DNA from: Paraphysomonas bandaiensis
Lineage: Eukaryota; Protista; Chrysophyceae
Length of the DNA stretch: 64,000 nt
Assembly (NCBI GenBank): GCA_965644295.1
Contig: CBFFRP010000380.1
Coordinates: 186,001-250,000 of the forward strand
Direction of reading: 5' to 3'
Position numbers and translations under genes: made by a program. Numbering within the stretch: the first letter of the stretch is position 1; each line of letters begins with the position of its first letter. This document shows positions 63,386-64,000 of the stretch, one piece after another. The notes below the pieces were generated by a model, which saw only the letters and a program-made list of their open reading frames with translations, was not told the origin of the DNA and did not search any database.

Positions 63386-63862
63386 ATGGAAAATATGCAT
63401 AGTTTTACTTATACTATCTCTTCTGCTAATGCTAATAGTGGAAATGCCGAAGATTGTTATATAGATTTGCGACCTTTATCTTATAATTATGAGTATTATA
63501 ATGTACAATGCACCGGCTTTATTATGAATTGTGAAAGCATGGACCAAGCAACAATGCCTAATTATGTGCATTTAGTAGCAGATGATTTGGCAGAAAATGG
63601 TTATTATCAGGGTTTTGATTCTAATCAGTGCGTAGTTTCTCATTTATTAACTCATTCTTCAGTGTCACAAATGACTAGCGGCGAAGGTAGCATATTTAGG
63701 GTTAAAAATATGCGACAACAAAGAAGAATAAGATTTAGATTATATGCACCTGATTTAACACCATTAAGTGGCGTTGTAGATGATTCCGATACTACATATT
63801 GGTGTATATCACTGTTGTTTACTCCGGTTATTACCGCACCAGCAAATTTAGAGCTGAACTAA
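63386..63862 (+). CDS. Protein with one copy of the same penton-like domain
   Basis: FTYTISS..EDCYI, AENGY, GSIFRVKNMRQQRRIRF, YWCISLLFTP; close to domain 2 of 62415-63356. Confidence 0.72.
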   Translation: MENMHSFTYTISSANANSGNAEDCYIDLRPLSYNYEYYNVQCTGFIMNCESMDQATMPNYVHLVADDLAENGYYQGFDSNQCVVSHLLTHSSVSQMTSGEGSIFRVKNMRQQRRIRFRLYAPDLTPLSGVVDDSDTTYWCISLLFTPVITAPANLELN

Positions 63863-64000
63863 ATCAATATGGGTTTTCCAAAATATAGAACCTGAGCCTA
63901 CAGTTTGGAAATTATTATATGTATGTATTTCAAAAGTCCAATTATCGGCAACATCATTTATAGTAAATATCAATGGTGCTAATGTACATCCAACACAGCT
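63848..64000 (-). CDS. 3' end of a further PLV ORF entering from outside the window
   Basis: Open frame SCVGCTLAPLIFTINDVADNWTFEIHTY...IDLVQL then stop; overlaps the convergent ORF by 15 nt. Confidence 0.55.
   Translation of the reverse strand, partial: SCVGCTLAPLIFTINDVADNWTFEIHTYNNFQTVGSGSIFWKTHIDLVQL

Larger units (their letters stand above)
41833..64000. mobile_element. Endogenous Polinton-like virus (right end beyond the window; interrupted by CACTA at 42018-50060)
   Basis: AT-rich, intronless, tightly packed ORFs: MCP, penton, A32 ATPase, SF3 helicase, PolB and rve integrase. Left end inferred from an AGAGAGAG terminus and GGACA repeats on both sides of the CACTA element. Confidence 0.9.

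Overview
Intron-rich eukaryotic DNA with short GT-AG introns (protist-like; stramenopile affinity is only an inference). 1-41.8 kb holds host genes: ShK-domain GT31 galactosyltransferase, MscS channel, NAGPA-like glycosidase, DGAT2, cullin-3, two hypotheticals, Sec7-PH ARF-GEF, ThrRS, RPL6 and fimbrin. It also holds a very young Ty1/copia element (294-bp LTRs, 1 mismatch, TSD GCCAT) nested inside a 66-bp hAT-like MITE, and a second hAT-like MITE. From about 41833 to the window end lies an AT-rich, intronless endogenous Polinton-like virus (PLV). It encodes a major capsid protein, penton, A32 packaging ATPase, SF3 helicase, a minimal exonuclease-less PolB, an rve integrase with Asp in place of the catalytic Glu, and three extra penton-like domains. 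Its left terminal region is interrupted by an 8-kb CACTA/EnSpm transposon (TSD ACT) carrying a Ulp1-like protease. The PLV right end is outside the window. All family calls rest on motifs read by eye, not database searches.
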